A stretch of 64,000 bases of DNA from Azolla caroliniana (taxonomy: Eukaryota > Plantae > Polypodiophyta), in assembly GCA_043228905.1 (NCBI GenBank), contig JBHGNT010000045.1:143944-207943 (forward strand), in the 5' to 3' direction. The position numbers were made by a program, and so were the translations under genes. The notes under the pieces were generated by a model. The model saw only the letters and a program-made list of their open reading frames with translations. It was not told the DNA's origin and made no database searches. Positions 1-13,400 of this stretch are shown here, in pieces (positions within the stretch are counted from its first letter, which is position 1; every line of letters begins with the position of its first letter).

Positions 1-3000
1 AATTAAAAAATCAAGATTTTGAAACTCAGGTCGAGAGACATGAAGAAATTAGCAAATTTGAGGAGGGACTTGAGAAGAGCCCGTGAGTAAATTAAAAGGG
101 TTATACATCGCTCGTGTGATATCGGATTTTTGTGTTCAAACATGCGTATAGAAGCTAACAACGCTAGCTATGATATAGAACTAAAAAATCAAGATTTTGA
201 AACTCAGGTCGAGAGACATGAAGAAATTAGCAAATTTGAGGAGGGACTTGAGAAGAGCCCGTGAGTAAATTAAAATTGTCATACATGGCTCGTGTGATAT
301 CGGATATTTGTGTTCAAACATGCGAATTGAAACTAACAACGCTAGCTATGATATAGAATTAAAAAATCAAGATTTTGAAACTCAGGTCGAGAGACATGAA
401 GAAATAAGCAAATTTGAGGACGGACATGAGAAGAGCCCGTGAGTAAATTAAAATGGTTATACATCGCTCGTGTGATATCGGATTTTTGTGTTCAAACATG
501 CGTATAGAAGCTAACAACGCTAGCTATGATATAGAACTAAAAAATCAAGATTTTGAAACTCAGGTCGAGAGACATGAAGAAATTAGCAAATTTGAGGAGG
601 GACTTGAGACGAGTCCGTGAGTAAATAAAAATGGTCATACCTGGCTCGTGTGATATCGGATTTTTGTGTTCAAACATGCCTATCGAAGCTAACAACGCTA
701 GCTATGATACGGTATTCTAAAATCAAGATTTTAAAACTCAGGTCGAGACACATGAAGAAATTAGCAAATTTGAGGAGGGACTTGAGAAGAGTCCGTGAGT
801 AAATAAAAATGGTCAGACCTTGCTCGTGTGATATCGGATTTTTGTGTTCAAACATTCGAATCGAAGATAACAAAGCTAGCTATAATAGGGAATTAAAAAA
901 TCAAGATTTTGAAACTCAGGTCGAGAGACATACAGAAATTAGCAAATTTGACGACGGACATGAGAAGAGCCGGTGAGTAAATTAAAATTGTCATACATGG
1001 CTCGTGTGATATCGGCTATTTGTGTTCAAACATGCGAATCGAAACTAACAACGCTAGCTATGATATGGAATTAAAAAATCAAGATTTTGAAACTTAGGTC
1101 GAGAGACATGAAGAAATTCGCAAATTTGAGGAGGGACTTGAGAAGAGTCCGTGAGTAAATTAAAATGGTCATACCTGGCTCGTGTGATATCGGATTTTTG
1201 TGTTCAAAATGCGAATCGAAGCTAACAAAGCTAGCTCTGGTAGGGAATTAAAAAATCAAGATTTTGAAACTCAGGTCGAGAAACATAAATAAATTAGCAA
1301 ATTTGACGACGGACATGAGAAGAGCCCGGGAGTAAATTAAAATTGTCATACATGGCTCGTGTGATATCGGATATTTGTGTTCAAACATGCGAATCGAAAC
1401 TAACAACGCTAGCTATAATATGGAATTAAAAAATTAAGATTTTGAAACTCAAGTCGAGAGACATGAAGAAATTAGCAAATTTGCGGACGGACATGAGAAG
1501 AGCCCGTGAGTAAATTAAAATGCTTATACATGGCTCGTGTGATATTGGCTTTTTGTGTTCAAACATGCGAATCGAAGCTAACAACGCTAGCTATGATGTA
1601 GAACTAAAAAATCAAGATTTTGAAACTCAGGTCGAGAGACATGACGAAATTCGCAAATTTCAGGAGGGACTTGAGAAGAGCCCGTGAGTAAATTAAAATG
1701 GTCATACCTGGCTCGTGTGATATCGGATTTTTTTGTTTAAACATGCGAATCGAAGCTAACAACGCTAGCTATGATATAGAATTAAAAAATCAAGATTTTG
1801 AAACTCAAGTCGAGAGACATGAAGAAATTAGCAAATTTGAGGAGGGACTTGAGAAGAGCCCGTGAGTAAATTAAAATGGTCATACTTTTTGGTGTTCAAA
1901 CATGCGAATCGAAGCTAACAACGCTAGCTACGATATGGCATTAAAAAAATAAAGATTTGAAACACAGGTCGAGAGACATGACGAAATTAGCAAATTTGAG
2001 GATGGAGTTGAGAAGAGCAAGTGAGTAAATAAAAATGGTCATACCTGGCTCGTGTGATATCGGATTTTTGTGTTCAAACATGCGAATCGAAGCTAACAAC
2101 GCTAGGTATGATACGGAATTCCAAAATCAAGATTTTGAAACTCAGGTCGAGAGACATGAAGAAATTAGCAAATTTGAGGAGGGACTTGAGAAGAGTCCGT
2201 GAGTAAATAAAAATGGTCATACCTGGATCGTGTGATATCGGATTTTTGTGTTCAAACATGCGAATCGAAGCTAACAACGCTAGCTATGATATAGAACTAA
2301 AAAATCAAGATTTTGAAACTCAGGTCGAGAGACATGAAGAAAATAGCAAATTTGAAGAGGGACTTCAGAAGAGCCCGTGAGTAAAGAAAAATGGTCATAC
2401 CTCGCTCGTGTGATATCGGATTTTTGTGGTCAAACATGCGAATCGAAGCTAACAACGCTAGCTATGATATGGAATTTAAAAATCAAGATTTGAAACTCAG
2501 GTCGACAGACATGACGAAATTAGCAAATTTCAGGAGGTACTTGAGAAGAGCCCGTGAGTAAATTAAAATGGTCATACCTGGCTCGTGTGATATCGGATTT
2601 TTGTGTTCAAACATGCGTATCGAAGCTAACAACGCTAGCTATGATACGGAACTCTAAAATCAAGATTTTAAAACTCAGGTCGAGAGACATGAAGAAATTA
2701 GCAAATTTGAGGAGGGACTTGAGAAGAGTCCGTGAGTAAATCAAAATGGTCAGATCTTGCTCGTGTGATATCGGATTTTTGTGTTTTAAAACATGCGAAT
2801 CGAAGCTAACAAAGCTAGATATAATAGGGAATTAAAAAATCAAGATTTTGAAACTCAGGTCGAGAGACATGAAGAAATTAGCAAATTTGAGGAGGGACTT
2901 GAGAAGAGCCCGTGAGTAAATTAAAAGGGTTATACATCGCTCGTGTGATATCGGATTTTTGTGTTCAAACATGCGTATAGAAGCTAACAACGCTAGCTAT

Positions 3001-5410
3001 GATATAGAACTAAAAAATCAAGATTTTGAAACTCAGGTCGAGAGACATGAAGAAATTAGCAAATTTGAGGAGGGACTTGAGAAGAGCCCGTGAGTAAATT
3101 AAAATTGTCATACATGGCTCGTGTGATATCGGATATTTGTGTTCAAACATGCGAATTGAAACTAACAACGCTAGCTATGATGTAGAATTAAAAAATCAAG
3201 ATTTTGAAACTCAGGTCGAGAGACATGAAGAAATAAGCAAATTTGAGGACGGACATGAGAAGAGCTCGTGAGTAAATTAAAATGGTTATACATCGCTCGT
3301 GTGATATCGGATTTTTGTGTTCAAACATGCGTATAGAAGCTAACAACGCTAGCTATGATATAGAACTAAAAAATCAAGATTTTGAAACTCAGGTCGAGAG
3401 ACATGAAGAAATTAGCAAATTTGAGGAGGGACTTGAGACGAGTCCGTGAGTAAATAAAAATGGTCATACCTGGCTCGTGTGATATCGGATTTTTGTGTTC
3501 AAACATGCCTATCGAAGCTAACAACGCTAGCTATGATACGGTATTCTAAAATCAAGATTTTAAAACTCAGGTCGAGACACATGAAGAAATTAGCAAATTT
3601 GAGGAGGGACTTGAGAAGAGTCCGTGAGTAAATAAAAATGGTCAGACCTTGCTCGTGTGATATCGGATTTTTGTGTTCAAACATTCGAATCGAAGATAAC
3701 AAAGCTAGCTATAATAGGGAATTAAAAAATCAAGATTTTGAAACTCAGGTCGAGAGACATACAGAAATTAGCAAATTTGACGACGGACATGAGAAGAGCC
3801 GGTGAGTAAATTAAAATTGTCATACATGGCTCGTGTGATGTCGGCTATTTGTGTTCAAACATGCGAATCGAAACTAACAACGCTAGCTATGATATGGAAT
3901 TAAAAAATCAAGATTTTGAAACTTAGGTCGAGAGACATGAAGAAATTCGCAAATTTGAGGAGGGACTTGAGAAGAGTCCGTGAGTAAATTAAAATGGTCA
4001 TACCTGGCTCGTGTGATATCGGATTTTTGTGTTCAAAATGCGAATCGAAGCTAACAAAGCTAGCTCTGGTAGGGAATTAAAAAATCAAGATTTTGAAACT
4101 CAGGTCGAGAAACATAAATAAATTAGCAAATTTGACGACGGACATGAGAAGATCCCGGGAGTAAATTAAAATTGTCATACATGGCTCGTGTGATATCGGA
4201 TATTTGTGTTCAAACATGCGAATCGAAACTAACAACGCTAGCTATAATATGGAATTAAAAAATTAAGATTTTGAAACTCAAGTCGAGAGACATGAAGAAA
4301 TTAGCAAATTTGCGGATGGACATGAGAAGAGCCCGTGAGTAAATTAAAATGCTTATACATGGCTCGTGTGATATTGGCTTTTTGTGTTCAAACATGCGAA
4401 TCGAAGCTAACAACGCTAGCTATGATGTAGAACTAAAAAATCAAGATTTTGAAACTCAGGTCGAGAGACATGAAGAAATTAGCAAATTTGAGGAGGGACT
4501 TGAGAAGAGTCCGTGAGTAAATAAAAATGGTCATACCTGGCTCGTGTGATATCGGATTTTTGTGTTCAAACATGCGAATCGAAGCTAACAATGCTAGCTA
4601 TGATACGGAATTCTAAAATCAAGATTTTGAAACTCAGGTCGAGAGACATGACGAAATTCGCAAATTTCAGGAGGGACTTGAGAAGAGCCCGTGAGTAAAT
4701 TAAAATGGTCATACCTGGCTCGTGTGATATCGGATTTTTTTGTTTAAACATGCGAATCGAAGCTAACAACGCTAGCTATGATATAGAATTAAAAAATCAA
4801 GATTTTGAAACTCAAGTCGAGAGACATGAAGAAATTAGCAAATTTGAGGAGGGACTTGAGAAGAGCCCGTGAGTAAATTAAAATGGTCATACTTTTTGGT
4901 GTTCAAACATGCGAATCGAAGCTAACAACGCTAGCTACGATATGGCATTAAAAAAATAAAGATTTGAAACACAGGTCGAGAGACATGACGAAATTAGCAA
5001 ATTTGAGGATGGAGTTGAGAAGAGCAAGTGAGTAAATAAAAATGGTCATACCTGGATCGTGTGATATCGGATTTTTGTGTTCAAACATGCGAATCGAAGC
5101 TAACAACGCTAGCTATGATATAGTACTAAAAAATCAAGATTTTGAAACTCAGGTCGAGAGACATGAAGAAAATAGCAAATTTGAAGAGGGACTTCAGAAG
5201 AGCCCGTGAGTAAAGAAAAATGGTCATACCTCGCTCGTGTGATATCGGATTTTTGTGGTCAAACATGCGAATCGAAGCTAACAACGCTAGCTATGATATG
5301 GAATTTAAAAATCAAGATTTGAAACTCAGGTCGACAGACATGACGAAATTAGCAAATTTCAGGAGGTACTTGAGAAGAGCCCGTGAGTAAATTAAAATGG
5401 TCATACCTGG
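1..5410. repeat. Subfamily A block 1 (heterogeneous monomers)
   Basis: Diagnostic sites are GCAAATTTG, GCTCGTGTG and monomer end ATGATA(TAG/TGG/CGG/GGG). Neighbouring monomers show many private substitutions. Confidence 0.92.
1..5410. repeat. Tandem duplication of a unit of about 16 monomers (offset 2829)
   Basis: Identical ORFs at 670 and 3499. Shared private variants AAAAGGGTTATACATCG (~95/~2924), CTCTGGTAGGG (~1235/~4064) and AAAGAAAAATGG (~2383/~5212). Confidence 0.9.
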
Positions 5411-6649
5411 CTCCTGTGATATCGGATTTTTGTGTTCAAACATCCGAATCGAAGCTAACAACGCTAGCTGTGTTACACAATTAAAAAATCAAGATTTCGA
5501 AACTCAGGTAGAGAGACATGAAGAAATTAGCAAAATTTAGGAGGGACTTGAGAAGAGCCCGTGAGTAAATTAAAATGGTCATACCTGGCTCCTGTGATAT
5601 CGGATTTTTGTGTTCAAACATCCGAATCGAAGCTAACAACGCTAGCTGTGTTACACAATTAAAAAATCAGGATTTTGAAACTCAGGTAGAGAGACATGAA
5701 GAATTTAGCAAAATTGAGGAGGGACTTGTGAAGAGCCCGTGAGTAAATTAAAATGGTTATACCTGGCTCCTGTGATATCGGATTTTTGTGTTCAAACATG
5801 CGAGTCGAAGCTAACAACGCTAGCTGTGCTACACAATTAAAAAATTAAGATTTTTAAACATAGGTCGAGAGACATGAAGAAATTAGCAAAATTGAGGAGG
5901 GACTTGAGAAGAGCCCGTGAGTAAATTAAAATGGTCATACCTGGCTCCTGTGATATCGGATTTTTGTGTTCAAACATCCGAATCGAAGCTAACAACGCTA
6001 GCTATGCTACACAATTAAAAAATCAAGATTTTGAAACTCAGGTAGACAGACATGAAGAAAGTAGCAAAATTGAGGAGGGACTTGAGAAGAGCCCGTGAGT
6101 AAATTAAAATGGTCATACCTGGCTCCTCTGATATCGGATTTTTGTGTTAAAACATGCGAATCGAAGCTAACAACGCTAGCTATGCTACACAATTAAAATG
6201 GTCATACCTGGCTCCTGTGATATCAGATTTTTGTGTTCAAACATGCGAATGGAAGCTAACAACGCTAGCTATGCTACACAATTAAAAAATCAAGATTTTG
6301 AAACTCAGGTCGAGAGACATGAAGAAAGTAGCAAAATTCAGGAGGGACTTGAGAAGAGCCCGTGAGTAAATTAAAATGGTCATACCTGGCTCCTCTGATA
6401 TCGGATTTTTGTGTTAAAACATGCGAATCGAACCTAACAACGCTAGCTACGCTACACAATTAAAAAATCAAGATTTTGAAACTCAGGTCGAGAGACATGA
6501 CGAAATTAGCAAAATTCAGGAGGGACTTGAGAAGAGCCCGTGAGTAAATTAAAATGGTCATACCTGGCTCCTCTGATATCGGATTTTTATGTTCAAACAT
6601 CCGAATCGAAGCTAACAACGCTAGCTATGCTACACAATTAAAAAATCAA

Positions 6650-9600
6650 GATTTTGAAACTCAGGTAGAGAGACATGAAGAATTTAGCAAAATTGAGGAG
6701 GGACTTGTGAAGAGCCCGTGAGTAAATTAAAATGGTCATACCTGGCTCCTGTGATATCGGATTTTTGTGTTCAAACATGCGAGTCGAAGCTAACAACGCT
6801 AGCTGTGCTACACAATTAAAAAATTAAGATTTTTAAACTTAGGTCGAGAGACATGAAGAAATTAGCAAAATTGAGGAGGGACTTGAGAAGAGCCCGTGAG
6901 TAAATTAAAATGGTCATACCTGGCTCCTATGATATCGGATTTTTGTGTTCAAACATCCGAATCGAAGCTAACAACGCTAGCTATGCTACACAATTAAAAA
7001 ATCAAGATTTTGAAACTCAGGTAGACAGACATGAAGAAAGTAGCAAAATTGAGGAGGGACTTGAGAAGAGCCCGTGAGTAAATTAAAATGGTCATACCAG
7101 GCTCCTCTGATATCGGATTTTTGTGTTAAAACATGCGAATCGAAGCTAACAACGCTAGCTATGCTACACAATTAAAATGGTCATACCTAGCTCCTGTGAT
7201 ATCGGATATTTGATTTCAAACATGCGAATCGAAGCTAACAACGCTAGCTATGATATGAAATTAAAAAAGATTTCGAAACTGAGGTCGAGAGACATGAACA
7301 AATTAGCAAAATTGAGGAGGGACTTGAGAAGAGCCCGTGAGTAAATTAAAATGGTCATACCTGGCTCCTGTGATATCGGATTTTTGTGTTCAAACATCCG
7401 AATCGAAGCTAACAACGCTAGCTATGCTACACAATTAAAAAATCAAGATTTTGAAACTCAGGTAGACAGACATGAAGAAAGTAGCAAAATTGAGGAGGGA
7501 CTTGAGAAGAGCCCGTGAGTAAATTTAAATGGTCATACCTGGCTCCTCTGATATCGGATTTTTGTGTTAAAACATGCGAATCGAAGCTAACAACGCTAGC
7601 TATGCTACACAATTAAAATGGTCATACCTAGCTCCTGTGATATCGGATATTTGTGTTCAAGCATGCGAATCGAAGCTAACAACGCTAGCTATGATATGAA
7701 ATTAAAAAAGATTTCGAAACTCAGGTCGAGAGACATGAAGAAATTAGCAAAATTGAGGAGGGACTTGAGAAGAGCCCGTGAGTAAATTAAAATGGTCATA
7801 CCTGGCTCCTGTGATATCGGATTTTTGTGTTCAAACATCCGAATCGAAGCTAACAACGCTAGCTATGCTACACAATTAAAAAATCAAGATTTTGAAACTC
7901 AGGTTGAGAGACATGACGAAATTAGCAAAATTGAGGAGGGACTTGAGAAGAGCCCGTGAGTAAATTAAAATGGTCATACCTGGCTCCTGTGATATCGGAT
8001 TTTTGTGTTCAAACATCCGAATCGAAGCTAACAACGCTAGCTATGCTACATAATTAAAAAATCAAGATTTCGAAACTCCGGTAGAGAGACATGAAGAAAT
8101 TAGCAAAATTGAGGAGGGACTTGAGAAGAGCCCGTGAGTAAATTAAAATGGTCATACCTGGCTCCTGTGATATCGGATTTTTGTGTTCAAATATCCGAAT
8201 CGAAGCTAACAACGCTAGCTGTGTTACACAATTAAAAAATCAGGATTTTGAAACTCAGGTAGAGAGACATGAAGAATTTAGCAAAATTGAGGAGGGACTT
8301 GTGAAGAGCCCGTGAGTAAATTAAAATGGTCATACCTGGCTCCTGTGATATCGGATTTTTGTGTTCAAACATGCGAGTCGAAGCTAACAACGCTAGCTGT
8401 GCTACACAATTAAAAAATTAAGATTTCTAAACTGAGGTCGAGAGACATGAAGAATTTAGCAAAATTGAGGAGGGACTTGTGAAGAGCCCGTGAGTAAATT
8501 AAAATGGTCATACCTGGCTCCTGTGATATCGGATTTTTGTGTTCAAACATGCGAGTCGAAGCTAACAACGCTAGCTGTGCTACACAATTAAAAAATTAAG
8601 ATTTTTAAACTTAGGTCGAGAGACATGAAGAAATTAGCAAAATTGAGGAGGGACTTGAGAAGAGCCCGTGAGTAAATTAAAATGGTCATACCTGGCTCCT
8701 ATGATATCGGATTTTTGTGTTCAAACATCCGAATCGAAGCTAACAACGCTAGCTATGCTACACAATTAAAAAATCAAGATTTTGAAACTCAGGTAGACAG
8801 ACATGAAGAAAGTAGCAAAATTGAGGAGGGACTTGAGAAGAGCCCGTGAGTAAATTAAAATGGTCATACCTGGCTCCTCTGATATCGGATTTTTGTGTTA
8901 AAACATGCGAATCGAAGCTAACAACGCTAGCTATGCTACACAATTAAAATGGTCATACCTAGCTCCTGTGATATCGGATATTTGATTTCAAACATGCGAA
9001 TCGAAGCTAACAACGCTAGCTATGATATGAAATTAAAAAAGATTTCGAAACTGAGGTCGAGAGACATGAAGAAATTAGCAAAATTGAGGAGGGACTTGAG
9101 AAGAGCCCGTGAGTAAATTAAAATGGTCATACCTGGCTCCTGTGATATCGGATTTTTGTGTTCAAACATCCGAATCGAAGCTAACAACGCTAGCTATGCT
9201 ACACAATTAAAAAATCAAGATTTTGAAACTCAGGTAGACAGACATGAAGAAAGTAGCAAAATTGAGGAGGGACTTGAGAAGAGCCCGTGAGTAAATTAAA
9301 ATGGTCATACCTGGCTCCTCTGATATCGGATTTTTGTGTTAAAACATGCGAATCGAAGCTAACAACGCTAGCTATGCTACACAATTAAAATGGTCATACC
9401 TTGCTCCTGTGATATCGGATATTTGTGTTCAAGCATGCGAATCGAAGCTAACAACGCTAGCTATGATATGAAATTAAAAAAGATTTCGAAACTCAGGTCG
9501 AGAGACATGAAGAAATTAGCAAAATTGAGGAGGGACTTGAGAAGAGCCCGTGAGTAAATTAAAATGGTCATACCTGGCTCCTGTGATATCGGATTTTTGT

Positions 9601-10200
9601 GTTCAAACATCCGAATCGAAGCTAACAACGCTAGCTATGCTACACAATTAAAAAATCAAGATTTTGAAACTCAGGTTGAGAGACATGACGAAATTAGCAA
9701 AATTGAGGAGGGACTTGAGAAGAGCCCGTGAGTAAATTAAAATGGTCATACCTGGCTCCTGTGATATCGGATTTTTGTGTTCAAACATGCGAATCGAAGC
9801 TAACAAAGCTAGCTATGCTACATAATTAAAAAATCAAGATTTCGAAACTCAGGTAGAGAGACATGAAGAAATTAGCAAAATTGAGGAGGGACTTGAGAAG
9901 AGCCCGTGAGTAAATTAAAATGGTCATACCTGGCTCCTGTGATATCGGATTTTTGTGTTCAAATATCCGAATCGAAGCTAACAACGCTAGCTGTGTTACA
10001 CAATTAAAAAATCAAGATTTTGAAACTCAGGTAGAGAGACATGAAGAATTTAGCAAAATTGAGGAGGGACTTGTGAAGAGCCCGTGAGTAAATTAAAATG
10101 GTCATACCTGGCTCCTGTGATATCGGATTTTTGTGTTCAAACATGCGAGTCGAAGCTAACAACGCTAGCTGTGCTACACAATTAAAAAATTAAGATTTCT
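6650..10200. repeat. Tandem duplication, offset 1772
   Basis: ORF pairs 6986/8758 and 7427/9199. Private variant TATTTGATTTC at ~7207 and ~8979. 1772 = 2x441 + 5x178. Confidence 0.88.
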
Positions 10201-10499
10201 AAACTGAGGTCGAGAGACATGAAGAAATTAGCAAAATTGAGGAGGGACTTGAGAAGAGCCCGTGAGTAAATTAAAATGGTCATACCTGGCTCCTGTGATA
10301 TCGGATTTTTGTGTTCAAACATCCGAATCGAAGCTAACAACGCTAGCTATGCTACACAATTAAAAAATCAAGATTTTGAAACTCAGGTAGACAGACATGA
10401 AGAAAGTAGCAAAATTGAGGAGGGACTTGAGAAGAGCCCGTGAGTAAATTAAAATGGTCATACCTGGCTCCTCTGATATCGGATTTTTGTGTTAAAACA

Positions 10500-13400
10500 T
10501 GCGAATCGAAGCTAACAACGCTAGCTATGCTACACAATTAAAATGGTCATACCTGGCTCCTGTGATATCAGATTTTTGTGTTCAAACATGCGAATGGAAG
10601 CTAACAACGCTAGCTATGCTACACAATTAAAAAATCAAGATTTTGAAACTCAGGTCGAGAGACATGAAGAAAGTAGCAAAATTCAGGAGGGACTTGAGAA
10701 GAGCCCGTGAGTAAATTAAAATGGTCATACCTGGCTCCTCTGATATCGGATTTTTGTGTTAAAACATGCGAATCGAACCTAACAACGCTAGCTACGCTAC
10801 ACAATTAAAAAATCAAGATTTTGAAACTTAGATCGAGAGACATGACGAAATTAGCAAAATTCAGGAGGGACTTGAGAAGAGCCCGTGAGTAAATTAAAAT
10901 GGTCATACCTGGCTCCTGTGATATCGGATTTTTATGTTCAAACATCCGAATCGAAGCTAACAACGCTAGCTATGCTACACAATTAAAAAATCAAGATTTT
11001 GAAACTCAGGTAGAGAGACATGAAGAATTTAGCAAAATTGAGGAGGGACTTGTGAAGAGCCCGTGAGTAAATTAAAATGGTCATACCTGGCTCCTGTGAT
11101 ATCGGATTTTTGTGTTCAAACATGCGAATCGAAGCTAACAACGCTAGCTATGCTACACAATTAAAAAATCAAGATTTCGAAACTCAGGTCGAGAGACATG
11201 ACGAAATTAGCAAAATTGAGGAGGGACTTGAGAAGAGCCCGTGACTAAATTAAAATGGTCATACCTAGCTCCTCTGATATCGGATTTTTGTGTTAAAACA
11301 TGCGAATCGAAGCTAACAAAGCTAGCTATGCTACACAATTAAAATGGTCATACCTAGCTACTGTGATATCGGATATTTGTGTTCAAGCATGCGAATCGAA
11401 GCTAACAACGCTAGCTATGATATGAAATTAAAAAAGATTTCGAAACTCAGGTCGAGAGACATGACGAAATTAGCAAAATTCAGGAGGGACTTGAGAAGAG
11501 CCCGTGAGTAAATTAAAATGGTCATACCTGGCTCCTGTGATATCGGATTTTTGTGTTCAAACATCCGAATTGAAGCTAACAACGCTAGCTATGCTACACA
11601 ATTAAAAAATCAAGATTTTGAAACTCAGGTTGAGAGACATGACGAAATTAGCAAAATTGAGGAGGGACTTGAGAAGAGCCCGTGAGTAAATTAAAATGGT
11701 CATACCTGGCTCCTGTGATATCGGATTTTTGTGTTCAAACATCCGAATCGAAGCTAACAACGCTAGCTATGCTACATAATTAAAAAATCAAGATTTCGAA
11801 ACTCAGGTAGAGAGACATGAAGAAATTAGCAAAATTGAGGAGGGACTTGAGAAGAGCCCGTGAGTAAATTAAAATGGTCATACCTGGCTCCTGTGATATC
11901 GGATTTTTGTGTTCAAACATCCGAATCGAAGCTAACAACGCTAGCTGTGTTACACAATTAAAAAATCAGGATTTTGAAACTCAGGTAGAGAGACATGAAG
12001 AATTTAGCAAAATTGAGGAGGGACTTGTGAAGAGCCCGTGAGTAAATTAAAATGGTCATACCTGGCTCCTGTGATATCGGATTTTTGTGTTCAAACATGC
12101 GAGTCGAAGCTAACAACACTAGCTATGATATAGAACTAAAAATTCAGGAGGGACTTGAGAAGAGCCCGTGAGTAAATTAAAATGGTCATACCTGGCTCCT
12201 GTGATATCGGATTTTTATGTTCAAACATCCGAATCGAAGCTAACAACGCTAGCTATGCTACACAATTAAAAAATCAAGATTTTGAAACTCAGGTAGAGAG
12301 ACATGAAGAATTTAGCAAAATTGAGGAGGGACTTGTGAAGAGCCCGTGAGTAAATTAAAATGGTCATACCTGGCTCCTGTGATATCGGATTTTTGTGTTC
12401 AAACATGCGAGTCGAAGCTAACAACGCTAGCTGTGCTACACAATTAAAAAATTAAGATTTTTAAACATAGGTCGAGAGACATGAAGAAATTAGCAAAATT
12501 GAGGAGGGACTTGAGAAGAGCCCGTGAGTAAATTAAAATGGTCATACCTGGCTCCTGTGATATCGGATTTTTGTGTTCAAACATCCGAATCGAAGCTAAC
12601 AACGCTAGCTATGCTACACAATTAAAAAATCAAGATTTTGAAACTCAGGTAGACAGACATGAAGAAAGTAGCAAAATTGAGGAGGGACTTGATAAGAGCC
12701 CGTGAGTAAATTAAAATGGTCATACCTGGCTCCTCTGATATCGGATTTTTGTGTTAAAACATGCGAATCGAAGCTAACAACGCTAGCTATGCTACACAAT
12801 TAAAATGGTCATACCTAGCTCCTGTGATATCGGATATTTGTGTTCAAGCATGCGAATCGAAGCTAACAACGCTAGCTATGATATGAAATTAAAAAAGATT
12901 TCGAAACTCAGGTCGAGAGACATGAAGAAATTAGCAAAATTGAGGAGGGACTTGAGAAGAGCCCGTGAGTAAATTAAAATGGTCATACCTGGCTCCTGTG
13001 ATATCGGATTTTTGTGTTCAAACATCCGAATCGAAGCTAACAACGCTAGCTATGCTACACAATTAAAAAATCAAGATTTTGAAACTCAGGTTGAGAGACA
13101 TGACGAAATTAGCAAAATTGAGGAGGGACTTGAGAAGAGCCCGTGAGTAAATTAAAATGGTCATACCTGGCTCCTGTGATATCGGATTTTTGTGTTCAAA
13201 CATCCGAATCGAAGCTAACAACGCTAGCTATGCTACATATTTAAAAAATCAAGATTTCGAAACTCAGGTAGAGAGACATGAAGAAATTAGCAAAATTGAG
13301 GAGGGACTTGAGAAGAGCCCGTGAGTAAATTAAAATGGTCATACCTGGCTCCTGTGATATCGGATTTTTGTGTTCAAACATCCGAATCGAAGCTAACAAC

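Noticed and set aside
61-110. AGGAGG Shine-Dalgarno-like and GTGAGT splice-donor-like motifs
   Set aside because: Short chance words with no associated reading frame or exon structure.
1-178. Identity with Arabidopsis CEN180, alpha satellite, or a CENP-B box
   Set aside because: Only the length is similar. I see no sequence resemblance and no TTCGNNNNANNCGGG motif.
1-178. Monomer as an ancient dimer of an 89-bp unit
   Set aside because: The halves share AATTAAAA at exact spacing, but the other similar words (ATC..GATTTT, ACATG) are out of register. This is not supportable without an alignment against shuffled controls.
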